A DNA stretch of 64,000 nucleotides from assembly GCA_942491535.1 (NCBI GenBank), contig CALOBV010000007.1, positions 69,975 through 133,974 of the forward strand, read 5' to 3'. This document shows positions 40,775 through 49,015 of the stretch, in pieces. The first letter of the stretch is position 1. Every line of letters begins with the position of its first letter. A program made the translations under genes and the position numbers. The DNA is from an uncultured Marinilabiliaceae bacterium. Its GTDB lineage: Bacteria > Bacteroidota > Bacteroidia > Bacteroidales > VadinHA17. Under the pieces are notes generated by a model, which had not been told where the DNA came from, searched no databases, and was given only the letters and a program-made list of their open reading frames with translations.

Positions 40775-42961
40775 CTAATTTCCCAGTTCAAGCTGGTTTT
40801 TTACCAGATTATAATAATGCCCCTTTAAAGATATTAGTTGATCATGTGATCCTGTTTCTACTATTCTGCCTTCATCAAGAACAATAATATTGTCGGCATT
40901 TTTAACTGTACTTAGCCTGTGTGCTACTATCAGTACAGTCTTTCCCCTATAAAATCTGATCAGGTTATCATTGATAAGCTTTTCATTATTTGCATCGAGC
41001 GAATTTGTTGCTTCATCAAAAAACAGAAACTCTGGATCTTTGTAAACAGACCTGGCAATTAATATTCTCTGTTTTTGACCCTGGCTCAGACCCTTCCCAT
41101 CAACTCCTATTTTACTGTTATATCCAAGTGGAAGAGATTCGAGGAACTTCCTGATATTAGCTACGTCAACGGATTTGATAAGTTTCTCCTGGTCGATGGT
41201 TTCAATTCCCGGGGCAATATTATACGCTATTGAATCAGGAAAGATAAACCCATCCTGCATAACCACACCGCATTTCTTCCTCCAGAGTTTCAGGCTAAGG
41301 TTACTTAGCATAGTATCACCAATCAATATTTCACCAGTTACCGGTTTATAAAATCCCAGAATCATTTTTAAGAGCGTAGTCTTGCCACTGCCGCTTGGTC
41401 CGACAATGGCAGTTACTTTATGGTGTGGAATATGCATATTGATATCCTTCAGCACCATAGGTGATCTCGGACCTTCATATTGAAACGAAAGGTTATTTAT
41501 ATAAATATCCTTCTCTGCAGGCAAATTTCTTACCTTCATATCCAGATCACTTTCTTCTTCATCCCTGGTATGAACCTCTGCAAGCCGGTTAAGACTCATC
41601 CTGGCATCCTGGGCAGTCCTGAAGAAACTAATTATCTGACCTACAGGCATATTAAGCTGACCTATAATAAACTGAACTGCCAACATCATACCAAGAGTAA
41701 TATCACCATTAATCACGGCGGTAGCAGCAATTACTGTAATAAGTAGATTGCTAACCTCAAGAATAAATTTTCCGCCAGCCTGCTGGTATTGAAAAAGGCT
41801 AAGCGATTTGACCTTGGTCTTAAACAACAGTGCCTGTAAATTTTCCCAGTCCCATCTCTTACTCATCTCACTCTGGGTCAACTTAATCTCCTGCATTCCA
41901 TTAATAATTTCGATCAGCTTGCTGTTGGTTGCAGATTGCTGGCTAAAGCGTTTATGATCGAGCCTGGCTCTCGATTTCATAAATACTGATACCCAGATTA
42001 TATAAAGCAAGGTGCCAGTAACAAAAAGCAAGAGTATCCTGTAATCGTAGATGGCCAGAACTATGCTGAATATTATTATATTAAAAAATGAGAAGAGGAC
42101 ATTTAAGGTAGAAGTGGTCATAAATGATTCAATCCTGTTATTATCCTCAATTCTTTGAAGTAAATCTCCAGTTAATTTGGTATCAAAGAATGAAACGGGC
42201 AAGGACATAAGCTTTGTCAGAAATCCGGATACAACCGAAATATTGACCCTGGTTCCGATATGCAGAAGCAGCCAGCTCCTTATAAAATCAACCGACATTC
42301 TGCCTATTATAAGGGCTAACTGGGCAAACAATATTACATATATAAAGCCAATATCACTGGTATTGATTCCTATATCAATAATAGACTGAGTAAGGAAGGG
42401 CAGGATGAGTTGAATAAAACTTCCAATAAGTAGCCCCAGAATCAACTGAAAAAAATATTTCCTGTAGATTTTTATGTACTTATACAAAAACTTAAAACCA
42501 TGCTTCTCGCTTTTATCATCATCACTGTCATAAAATTCGGGAGTAGGCTGGAGAATCAGAACAAGGCCCTGCTTTTCTCCTTCAAGCGATGTACTTGCCC
42601 AATCCTTTTCAAATTCCTGGCGCGAAATAGTAATCCTTCCAAGAGCAGGATCTGCAATAAAAACCTTATCGGATTTAATTTTATAAACTACAATAAAGTG
42701 CTTTTGCCTCCAGTGGACAATACATGGCAGCGGGCTTTCTTTGCTGAGCTTATCGAAGGGGATCCTTACTCCTATTGTTCTGAAGCCAATTTTCTCTGCA
42801 GCCTCTGACAATCCAAGAAAAGAAACTCCCTCCCTGGTTATATAGCTATATTCTCTCAGCTTATCAATCGAAATACTCCGGCCATAATATGCCGAAACCA
42901 TCTTTAGGCACGATGGTCCGCAATCCATTGCATCAGCCTGCTGAATAAAAGGAAAGGACAT
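40775..42961 (-). CDS. C39-peptidase-domain ABC exporter (double-glycine leader processing/export)
   Basis: The track gives 797 aa. I prefer the ATG at 42959-42961 (MSFPFIQQADAMDCGPSCLK...), giving 728 aa. C39 Cys context is DCGPSC and His context KHFIVVY. Six-TM domain, Walker A GPSGSGKTT, signature LSQGQKQR, Walker B LFFDEATN. Confidence 0.9.
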   Translation of the reverse strand: MSFPFIQQADAMDCGPSCLKMVSAYYGRSISIDKLREYSYITREGVSFLGLSEAAEKIGFRTIGVRIPFDKLSKESPLPCIVHWRQKHFIVVYKIKSDKVFIADPALGRITISRQEFEKDWASTSLEGEKQGLVLILQPTPEFYDSDDDKSEKHGFKFLYKYIKIYRKYFFQLILGLLIGSFIQLILPFLTQSIIDIGINTSDIGFIYVILFAQLALIIGRMSVDFIRSWLLLHIGTRVNISVVSGFLTKLMSLPVSFFDTKLTGDLLQRIEDNNRIESFMTTSTLNVLFSFFNIIIFSIVLAIYDYRILLLFVTGTLLYIIWVSVFMKSRARLDHKRFSQQSATNSKLIEIINGMQEIKLTQSEMSKRWDWENLQALLFKTKVKSLSLFQYQQAGGKFILEVSNLLITVIAATAVINGDITLGMMLAVQFIIGQLNMPVGQIISFFRTAQDARMSLNRLAEVHTRDEEESDLDMKVRNLPAEKDIYINNLSFQYEGPRSPMVLKDINMHIPHHKVTAIVGPSGSGKTTLLKMILGFYKPVTGEILIGDTMLSNLSLKLWRKKCGVVMQDGFIFPDSIAYNIAPGIETIDQEKLIKSVDVANIRKFLESLPLGYNSKIGVDGKGLSQGQKQRILIARSVYKDPEFLFFDEATNSLDANNEKLINDNLIRFYRGKTVLIVAHRLSTVKNADNIIVLDEGRIVETGSHDQLISLKGHYYNLVKNQLELGN

Positions 42962-43081
42962 AAATGAAAATATAGTAATATTATAATTAAGGTAAAGATA
43001 TTTATTATTTAAATCTAAGCAAGCCTGCAACCATAGGGAATGTAATCCGTAGACAAATGAATAGTATTTAGATGGAAATAG

Positions 43082-43089
43082 TATATTTG
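43082..43089 (+). promoter_or_regulatory. candidate -7 box TATATTTG for the sigma-factor gene
   Basis: Matches TAnnTTTG, 21 nt upstream of the GTG at 43110. I saw no clear -33 TTTG. Confidence 0.25.
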
Positions 43090-43109
43090 TTGAATAATCT
43101 TCATTAAAA

Positions 43110-43679
43110 GTGTTTAAAAAGCACTCAGATAAAATGCTGGTTGAGGGATTAAGAAAGGGGGATGACAAAACTCTTAACTACCTCTATAGTAATTATTTCA
43201 GTACTGTTAAATCGTATATTGTAAAGAATAGCGGTACTGAAGATGATGCCTATGATATATTCCAGGATGCCCTGATGGTCGTCTATAAGAAGTTCCAGCA
43301 TAATGGGGTTGAATTGACTTCTGACCTTAAAGCATATGTATTTGGTGTTGCCAGGAAGCTATGGAGTAACCAGCTAAGAACCAAGAAAGAAATTCCAATT
43401 CATGATTATAATGATATAATTGATGATTTCGAACTTGAAAAGCTTCTTGATATTCCGATAGAACAAATAGTACAAAGATCCTTCCTCAAACTACCTGAAG
43501 ACTATCAAAAGGTTCTTACCATGCACCTTGAGGGCTGTGATTATGAAGAAATCGCCAGGAAAATGTCTTACAAGAGTGCTACCTATGCCAGGAGAAAGAA
43601 GTACCTGTGTAAGGAGGAACTAATCAGAATAATCAAATCCGACCCCGATTATAAGGATTATGAAGATTTTGGTCTGTAG
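43110..43679 (+). CDS. ECF-like sigma-70 family RNA polymerase sigma factor
   Basis: 189 aa (GTG start; an alternative ATG lies at 43134). Region 2 is DAYDIFQDALMVVYKK...AYVFGVARKLW. Region 4 HTH is LPEDYQKVLTMHLEGCDYEEIARKMSYKSATYARRKKY. Confidence 0.8.
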   Translation: MFKKHSDKMLVEGLRKGDDKTLNYLYSNYFSTVKSYIVKNSGTEDDAYDIFQDALMVVYKKFQHNGVELTSDLKAYVFGVARKLWSNQLRTKKEIPIHDYNDIIDDFELEKLLDIPIEQIVQRSFLKLPEDYQKVLTMHLEGCDYEEIARKMSYKSATYARRKKYLCKEELIRIIKSDPDYKDYEDFGL

Positions 43680-46600
43680 TACCTTCTCCTTACATATATC
43701 AACGAAAGTATCACCAGTATGGTAAGTCCTATTGTATGCCTCTTATAAAAAATTGGCTCATCCTCGCCTAAAATTACCAGGGCACACCAGAAATAAGGGT
43801 GAGACCTTAGTTGATCGGCAGATCTGAGATATTTTTTCCTCGATTTTTTTAAGGCTCCGCTCTTTGAGTAACCTTGCTTTAAATTACTATAAAACGACTT
43901 AATAATCTCACTTGCTGAATAATCATCAACTTCCCATAAAGACATTACCACTGATGGTGAACCTGCATACATAAAACCCCTTGCCAGGCTAATAATTCCT
44001 TCTCCCGATTGTAGATATCCCGCCCCTGTATTACATGAGCTTAAGACTACCATCTTTGCGTTAAGATCAAGATTATAAATCTCATATGTATTGAGTAAGC
44101 CGTTTTCTATTGTGTCATTATTTTGAGCAAATACCATCTTGGATAGCATCGGTTGCCTGTCGTTAAGCAATGTGTGCATGGCGAGGTGAATAATCTTTTC
44201 ACTTGATGCCTCACTAACAAACCTTTGCTCGCTGGCCTGATTTTCAAGATAAAGCTGGCCACCAAGCAGGCTACTGATATATATAGCCTCCTCTTTTGCT
44301 CCCGGAATATTATTAAGAAGACCTCTTTCCATTTGCCTGGACAGAAGCAATGAATCTGAATCCAGTGTTGAAGAATATGTAGGTGCAAATACCAGGGCGG
44401 GGTTAAAGAAGCTTTTCCCCTTTCCTTCTGATTCTATAAGGAGAGAAGCTGAATAGGTGTAAATAATTTCAAATTCCTTAAAGAGATAATTAATATCACG
44501 ATAATTTATTGGCCTAACCCCTATTGTATCGCTAATCAAAGCCTCAAACGGAATATATGAAAGTATATCATCTGCTGCAATTACGAGATTTTTTGAAATC
44601 AGATACGGTTTAATCGGCTCGATAAGAAGCTTATATAAATAATGCCCATTTTTCACTATTCTTTTAAATTGTGATCGTGCACCAGTCTCAATTGCCGGGT
44701 TTGTAATATCTGAGCGAAACTCTCTGACTATATCCCTGGTAACAGAATCGATAGAAGTATTTAGGAACTCGCAACCTTTCCTGTTGAAAATAAATGTATA
44801 TAGTATTGAATCTGACAGAAAGAATTCAACAAAATTTCTATCCCGTCCAAGATAATTCCTAACATCCTTGCAGTATGCAACTTTATCCTCATGTTTTAAA
44901 CTGTAATACCTGGGATAATCTCTCTCGAATAGATGAATCAATGAATCGCGCTTAATTACGGCCCCGGTACGTTCCTCTTCATATAAATTTACAAGTGTTG
45001 CATCAGCATTACCCGAATTTGTCTCGTTGTATAATTTGTCAGTTAATTCCTTTATATAGTGATCCAGTTCTTTTTCAATGCCTACAAGGTTTTCAGGTAC
45101 ATGAAACTCCATAGCCTGTACTTCCCTTGTTGAAGAGAGTAAGGTTGAAGCCTTGCTCTTCTCAGAGTACCTGAATGCCATATTAAGATAGGCGGGGTCA
45201 TTATCATATTTGTATTTTTCGGATGCCAGCCATATGGCATTGTCCCACAAGAAGTCGAATCGTCCGGTAATCTGCAAGCGGCTTTCTTCACCGGAAAGAT
45301 CAATCTTAACAGAATCAAGAATAGAAATCGCTGCATCAATATCCTTAAGTGCTTTATCGAGATATTCGATTGATTTATCCTGCAAATATTTCTCTCTATA
45401 TATATTACTTCTGAAATCATAAATAAATAATAACCTCGGGGGGCTAAAATATTCTCCGGATCCAAGAACTTCGTTATACAAACTCAGGGCTGCATCAAAT
45501 TCTCCCTTCTCAACCAGCACATTAGCGAGACCTCGCTTTATGTCATTGACTAATACAATTCCATACCGGCCCTCGTTTGTTTTATTATATAAGTCTGAAT
45601 AAATATTGTAAGCGGAACTGATATCATTTATATATAATCTATAGTAAGAAGCAAGATTTTCCCTGGCGCTGAGGTATCTTTCGGAATCTGTACCATAATT
45701 GTCGTAACAGTACTTAACAGCTTTTTTAAATATTTCTAACGATTCTTCATATCTTCCAATCTTGGCCAGGAAGTGACCGTAATTTGTATAATATACATCT
45801 CCATCGTCAGGACTATCTTTCATAGACTCCAGCACCTCAATCATTTTTTCATAGCTTTTTATTGCATTCAGGGTATCGCCTGTCATTGCATTTGCTACAC
45901 TAAGACCATTGGTAATATATAGAAGCATAATCATATCATTATGATCATATTCTATCTGCCTGGTTTCCGCTACCTGGTACATTGACCTTGCATTATTATA
46001 ATCACCCCTGGCGCCATAATAAACGCCAAGATTATAATATAGCAGCCCCAGCGAACTAAATTCTCTGCTTGATTTTCCTACTATTTCAATTGCTCTCAGG
46101 GCCGACTCCCTTGCATTATTATATTCGCCCATATCAATATATACCGCCGACAAATTGGCAAGTGGCTTAATTAGATAGTGAGAGCTATCCCCGTAATATA
46201 TCTCTCGTAACTTAATGCTTCTTTTCAAAAAATCGGCCCCTTCAATGTACCTGTCGAGCCCATATATGGATAAACCGAGTTGAGATATAACAGTGCATAA
46301 GCCTGCCGTATCGGGCTTTTCTGATAGCTGGTAGGATTCTATAGCCCTACTATAGTATCGTTCGGCTTCAATATATTCTCGATGATTATAACTATATCCA
46401 CCCAGATACCTGTTAATCCTTGCAAATAGATCAGGAGATAATCCCGGCCTCGTCTCAACAAAATCGAGGAGGTAATTATACATCTCAGTAGACCGATCAG
46501 AGTAAGCATCCCTGTTAAGTTCACTTGCAAACAAATCAAGTAAAAGATTGATGTCGATATCGCCGGTATCTGAGTATACCATTATATCGTTACTTATACT

Positions 46601-46687
46601 ATTATTTACTTCCAATGCATATGCATTATCACTTATAGGTAAAATAAAGAATAATGCCCCTGCTATTAACTTAAAATACTTTTCCAT
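43658..46687 (-). CDS. exported, C-terminally anchored TPR-CHAT (caspase-fold) protease
   Basis: 1009 aa. Signal peptide MEKYFKLIAGALFFILPISDNAYA. About 450 aa of TPR-like repeats. The C-terminal CHAT domain has His context IIHLAMHT and Cys context VVLSSCNTGAGY. A terminal TM (TIGLTILVILSLIYV) is followed by a basic RRRYYRPK tail. Confidence 0.85.
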   Translation of the reverse strand: MEKYFKLIAGALFFILPISDNAYALEVNNSISNDIMVYSDTGDIDINLLLDLFASELNRDAYSDRSTEMYNYLLDFVETRPGLSPDLFARINRYLGGYSYNHREYIEAERYYSRAIESYQLSEKPDTAGLCTVISQLGLSIYGLDRYIEGADFLKRSIKLREIYYGDSSHYLIKPLANLSAVYIDMGEYNNARESALRAIEIVGKSSREFSSLGLLYYNLGVYYGARGDYNNARSMYQVAETRQIEYDHNDMIMLLYITNGLSVANAMTGDTLNAIKSYEKMIEVLESMKDSPDDGDVYYTNYGHFLAKIGRYEESLEIFKKAVKYCYDNYGTDSERYLSARENLASYYRLYINDISSAYNIYSDLYNKTNEGRYGIVLVNDIKRGLANVLVEKGEFDAALSLYNEVLGSGEYFSPPRLLFIYDFRSNIYREKYLQDKSIEYLDKALKDIDAAISILDSVKIDLSGEESRLQITGRFDFLWDNAIWLASEKYKYDNDPAYLNMAFRYSEKSKASTLLSSTREVQAMEFHVPENLVGIEKELDHYIKELTDKLYNETNSGNADATLVNLYEEERTGAVIKRDSLIHLFERDYPRYYSLKHEDKVAYCKDVRNYLGRDRNFVEFFLSDSILYTFIFNRKGCEFLNTSIDSVTRDIVREFRSDITNPAIETGARSQFKRIVKNGHYLYKLLIEPIKPYLISKNLVIAADDILSYIPFEALISDTIGVRPINYRDINYLFKEFEIIYTYSASLLIESEGKGKSFFNPALVFAPTYSSTLDSDSLLLSRQMERGLLNNIPGAKEEAIYISSLLGGQLYLENQASEQRFVSEASSEKIIHLAMHTLLNDRQPMLSKMVFAQNNDTIENGLLNTYEIYNLDLNAKMVVLSSCNTGAGYLQSGEGIISLARGFMYAGSPSVVMSLWEVDDYSASEIIKSFYSNLKQGYSKSGALKKSRKKYLRSADQLRSHPYFWCALVILGEDEPIFYKRHTIGLTILVILSLIYVRRRYYRPKSS

Positions 46688-46952
46688 ATTTTATCTTCCC
46701 TTCCCTGCATGTGTAAGATCCATACCTGTCACAAAGTAAAAAAAATAATAATAAGTTCTATCCGATAGGAATTTATTAAATAATTCATAAAAAAAAACAT
46801 GATCGTATTGCTTTAATTAACAAGTATTTAACTTGAAGGCAAATTTTTTTTATAAAAAAACATTCTTTTTCGTTGTCACAAATAAGGTTTTCATTACATG
46901 TACTTATGTAACATAATAAACAACCCGATTTAACAAACAAAAATTTAAAACG

Positions 46953-47105
46953 ATGAAAAACCTGAATCAAGAAATCAAATTTGAAAACTTCAACGAATTT
47001 TTACTGGCAGACGAAGAACTTATTAACGTACGCGGAGGCGACGGAAATGAAGCAGGAGAAAAAGGAACTGTTGTTCCTCCTGTTGTAGCTGATCCTGAAA
47101 TCTAG
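46953..47105 (+). CDS. double-glycine-leader precursor peptide (50 aa)
   Basis: Translated by hand: MKNLNQEIKFENFNEFLLADEELINVRGG / DGNEAGEKGTVVPPVVADPEI, with stop TAG at 47103-47105. The leader fits L(-12) E(-8) L(-7) V(-4) G(-2) G(-1). It is too short for the ORF track. It lies in a 594-nt gap between CHAT-locus genes. Confidence 0.65.
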   Translation: MKNLNQEIKFENFNEFLLADEELINVRGGDGNEAGEKGTVVPPVVADPEI

Positions 47106-47302
47106 ATTTTTTTAAAGAAGTATTCCTGCTTTAGTGGAATTATTGATGTATTGTAGTGCTTAAGCTATAAGAAGCTTGTTATGCACGAACGAATTACGCC
47201 CTGGAAATATTTTCAGGAATAAATTCGCACGAACTTCGGAATATCGAAAGACTAATTTAGTCTAAAAGACATTGAATATAATTGCGTGAAATACATATAG
47301 TT

Positions 47303-48049
47303 ATGGAAAATATTGAATTTACCAGGTTTATTGAGCGCTACCTGGACAACAAAATGCAAGCATCTGAAAGAAGATGGTTCGAAAAAGAGATGGAAGGTAA
47401 TCTCTGGCTCAAAAAAGAACTGGAACTGAGGCGTAAGGCAAACGAAATAGCTTCTAATTTCGATGCTGTTAAGATCAGGGAAAAGCTACAGAGAGCTGAA
47501 ATGCTACATAGGAAAGAATCTTCTATTAGTAAGGCTGTTAAGAAAGTACCGGTTAACTATGCTGCCATCTTTCTTGGTCTTATAATTATCAGCACTCTGA
47601 TTATTCTCTCAGGCAACAGTTTTGATCTGAGATCATATACAAGTGATTCTGTAGATAATTATACAGCCCTTACAATACACAGATCCGGAGATGTAAATGT
47701 TCCCCGTCAACTATCAATGGGAATGCAACTCTACCGGGAAGGAAAATATAATGAAGCTATTCAGCAATTTGAATTATTGGTTGATGGCAATCAATCTACC
47801 ATACAGTCTAACTTCCTCAATGGTATGGCGAATATGCAAATAAGCGAATACAACAAGGCTATTAAATCGTTTGACGTGGTAATTGAACATAACGATAATA
47901 TGTTCATCGAAGACGCATCATATTACCTGGGCCTCTGCTACGTAAATATTGAAGAAAATGAGAGGGCAAAGGCAATATTGGAGGGTATAATATCCAGTGA
48001 AAGCCGCTACAGGAAGGATGCAAAAAAATTATTAAAAAGCATAGACTAA
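47303..48049 (+). CDS. single-pass membrane TPR protein, anti-sigma-factor-like
   Basis: The track start 47282 is TTG. I prefer the ATG at 47303 (MENIEFTRFIERYLDNKMQASERRWFEKEMEGN, a pattern resembling anti-sigma N-domains but lacking the zinc ligands). One TM (YAAIFLGLIIISTLIILSG) is followed by an extracytoplasmic TPR region. Confidence 0.5.
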   Translation: MENIEFTRFIERYLDNKMQASERRWFEKEMEGNLWLKKELELRRKANEIASNFDAVKIREKLQRAEMLHRKESSISKAVKKVPVNYAAIFLGLIIISTLIILSGNSFDLRSYTSDSVDNYTALTIHRSGDVNVPRQLSMGMQLYREGKYNEAIQQFELLVDGNQSTIQSNFLNGMANMQISEYNKAIKSFDVVIEHNDNMFIEDASYYLGLCYVNIEENERAKAILEGIISSESRYRKDAKKLLKSID

Positions 48050-48091
48050 TACTAGTTACTACTACTTAAACTACTACTATCCAGACAGAAA

Positions 48092-48931
48092 ATGTTTGAT
48101 TCTGAAAACAAATACAGAGAACAAATAAGTAACAATTCCGGCAAAGGGGATGTTATAGGTAGTGAAAGTATTTCATGCACAGATTCAAATATTTTGTCTT
48201 GCCCGAAAATTTTGACGGGCCTATCACATGAGGTGAGAACCTATATGAATTCTATAGTGGCTTTCTCATTTCTCCAGAATTCAGACAATTGCAATATAAA
48301 TGACAGACAGGAATACACTGATCATATTTTAAATTCATGTGACCAGCTAATTACACTGTTTGATAATTTTCTTGATTCAGCTTTAATCGACGCTGAGAAA
48401 CCCAGCAGTAATCTCAAAAAAAGAGAACTGACGGATATTCTTCAGCACCTTGCTATTGAATTGAACAGTTCACTGGCAAAATTTGACAAAAGTAATGTTT
48501 CACTCGTCCTGGAAGAACAAACATACAGGGACGAAGTATTTATTGATGAGGAAAAGATATTTCGGGTTATCAAAAACCTCTTCCATAACGCTGTGGAGCA
48601 TACAACATCGGGTTACATTAAATTAGGTTACAAAAAGGTAGATAGCCAGGTTGTTTTTTATGTTATAGATTCAGGAAATGGCTATCACCTGAACAAGGAA
48701 TTGCTGGAGGCTGATAACCTCACCTCCTACCTTGTTAAGAACAACAGCACATTTACAACAGTAGGTTTAATCCTGGCCAACAAGCTTATCGAGAGTATGA
48801 ACGGAAAGTTCTGGATTGAACCTAATGGAGTTAATGGTACGGGCATGTATTTTTCAATTCACTACCGTAAAGCCTTTGATCCCCAGGAAAATGAGGATAT
48901 AAATAAGTTCAAATCCAGAATCGCTATATGA
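48092..48931 (+). CDS. cytoplasmic histidine kinase without sensor or TM domain
   Basis: 279 aa. H-box LSHEVRTYMNSI appears after only about 40 residues. N-box NLFHNAVEHT, G1 DSGNG, G2 GVNGTG. No response regulator is adjacent. Confidence 0.8.
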   Translation: MFDSENKYREQISNNSGKGDVIGSESISCTDSNILSCPKILTGLSHEVRTYMNSIVAFSFLQNSDNCNINDRQEYTDHILNSCDQLITLFDNFLDSALIDAEKPSSNLKKRELTDILQHLAIELNSSLAKFDKSNVSLVLEEQTYRDEVFIDEEKIFRVIKNLFHNAVEHTTSGYIKLGYKKVDSQVVFYVIDSGNGYHLNKELLEADNLTSYLVKNNSTFTTVGLILANKLIESMNGKFWIEPNGVNGTGMYFSIHYRKAFDPQENEDINKFKSRIAI

Positions 48932-48982
48932 TAACTACTCCTACCTACCTGTTTTAAGAGTCTGCTATTGAAATAGGTCTAC

Positions 48983-49015
48983 AAAGAGTGCCCGAGCGGC
49001 ACTCTTTTCTTTTAT
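48983..49015. terminator. bidirectional intrinsic terminator
   Basis: A perfect 10-bp stem AAAGAGTGCC (48983-48992) / GGCACTCTTT (48998-49007) with loop CGAGC. It is T-rich on the plus side (TTCTTTTAT) and lies between convergent genes. Confidence 0.75.

Noticed and set aside
46785-46970. A 61-aa minus-strand ORF overlapping the start of the GG-leader peptide gene.
   Set aside because: It lies in an extremely AT-rich promoter region. The translation (…FKFLFVKSGCLLCYISTCNENLICDNEKECFF…) has no signal or motif. The plus-strand peptide ORF explains the region better.
48051-48082. An ACT/TAC-rich direct repeat (ACTACTACT twice) between the anti-sigma-like gene and the kinase gene.
   Set aside because: There are only two short copies in a 42-nt spacer. 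This is too little to distinguish from chance.
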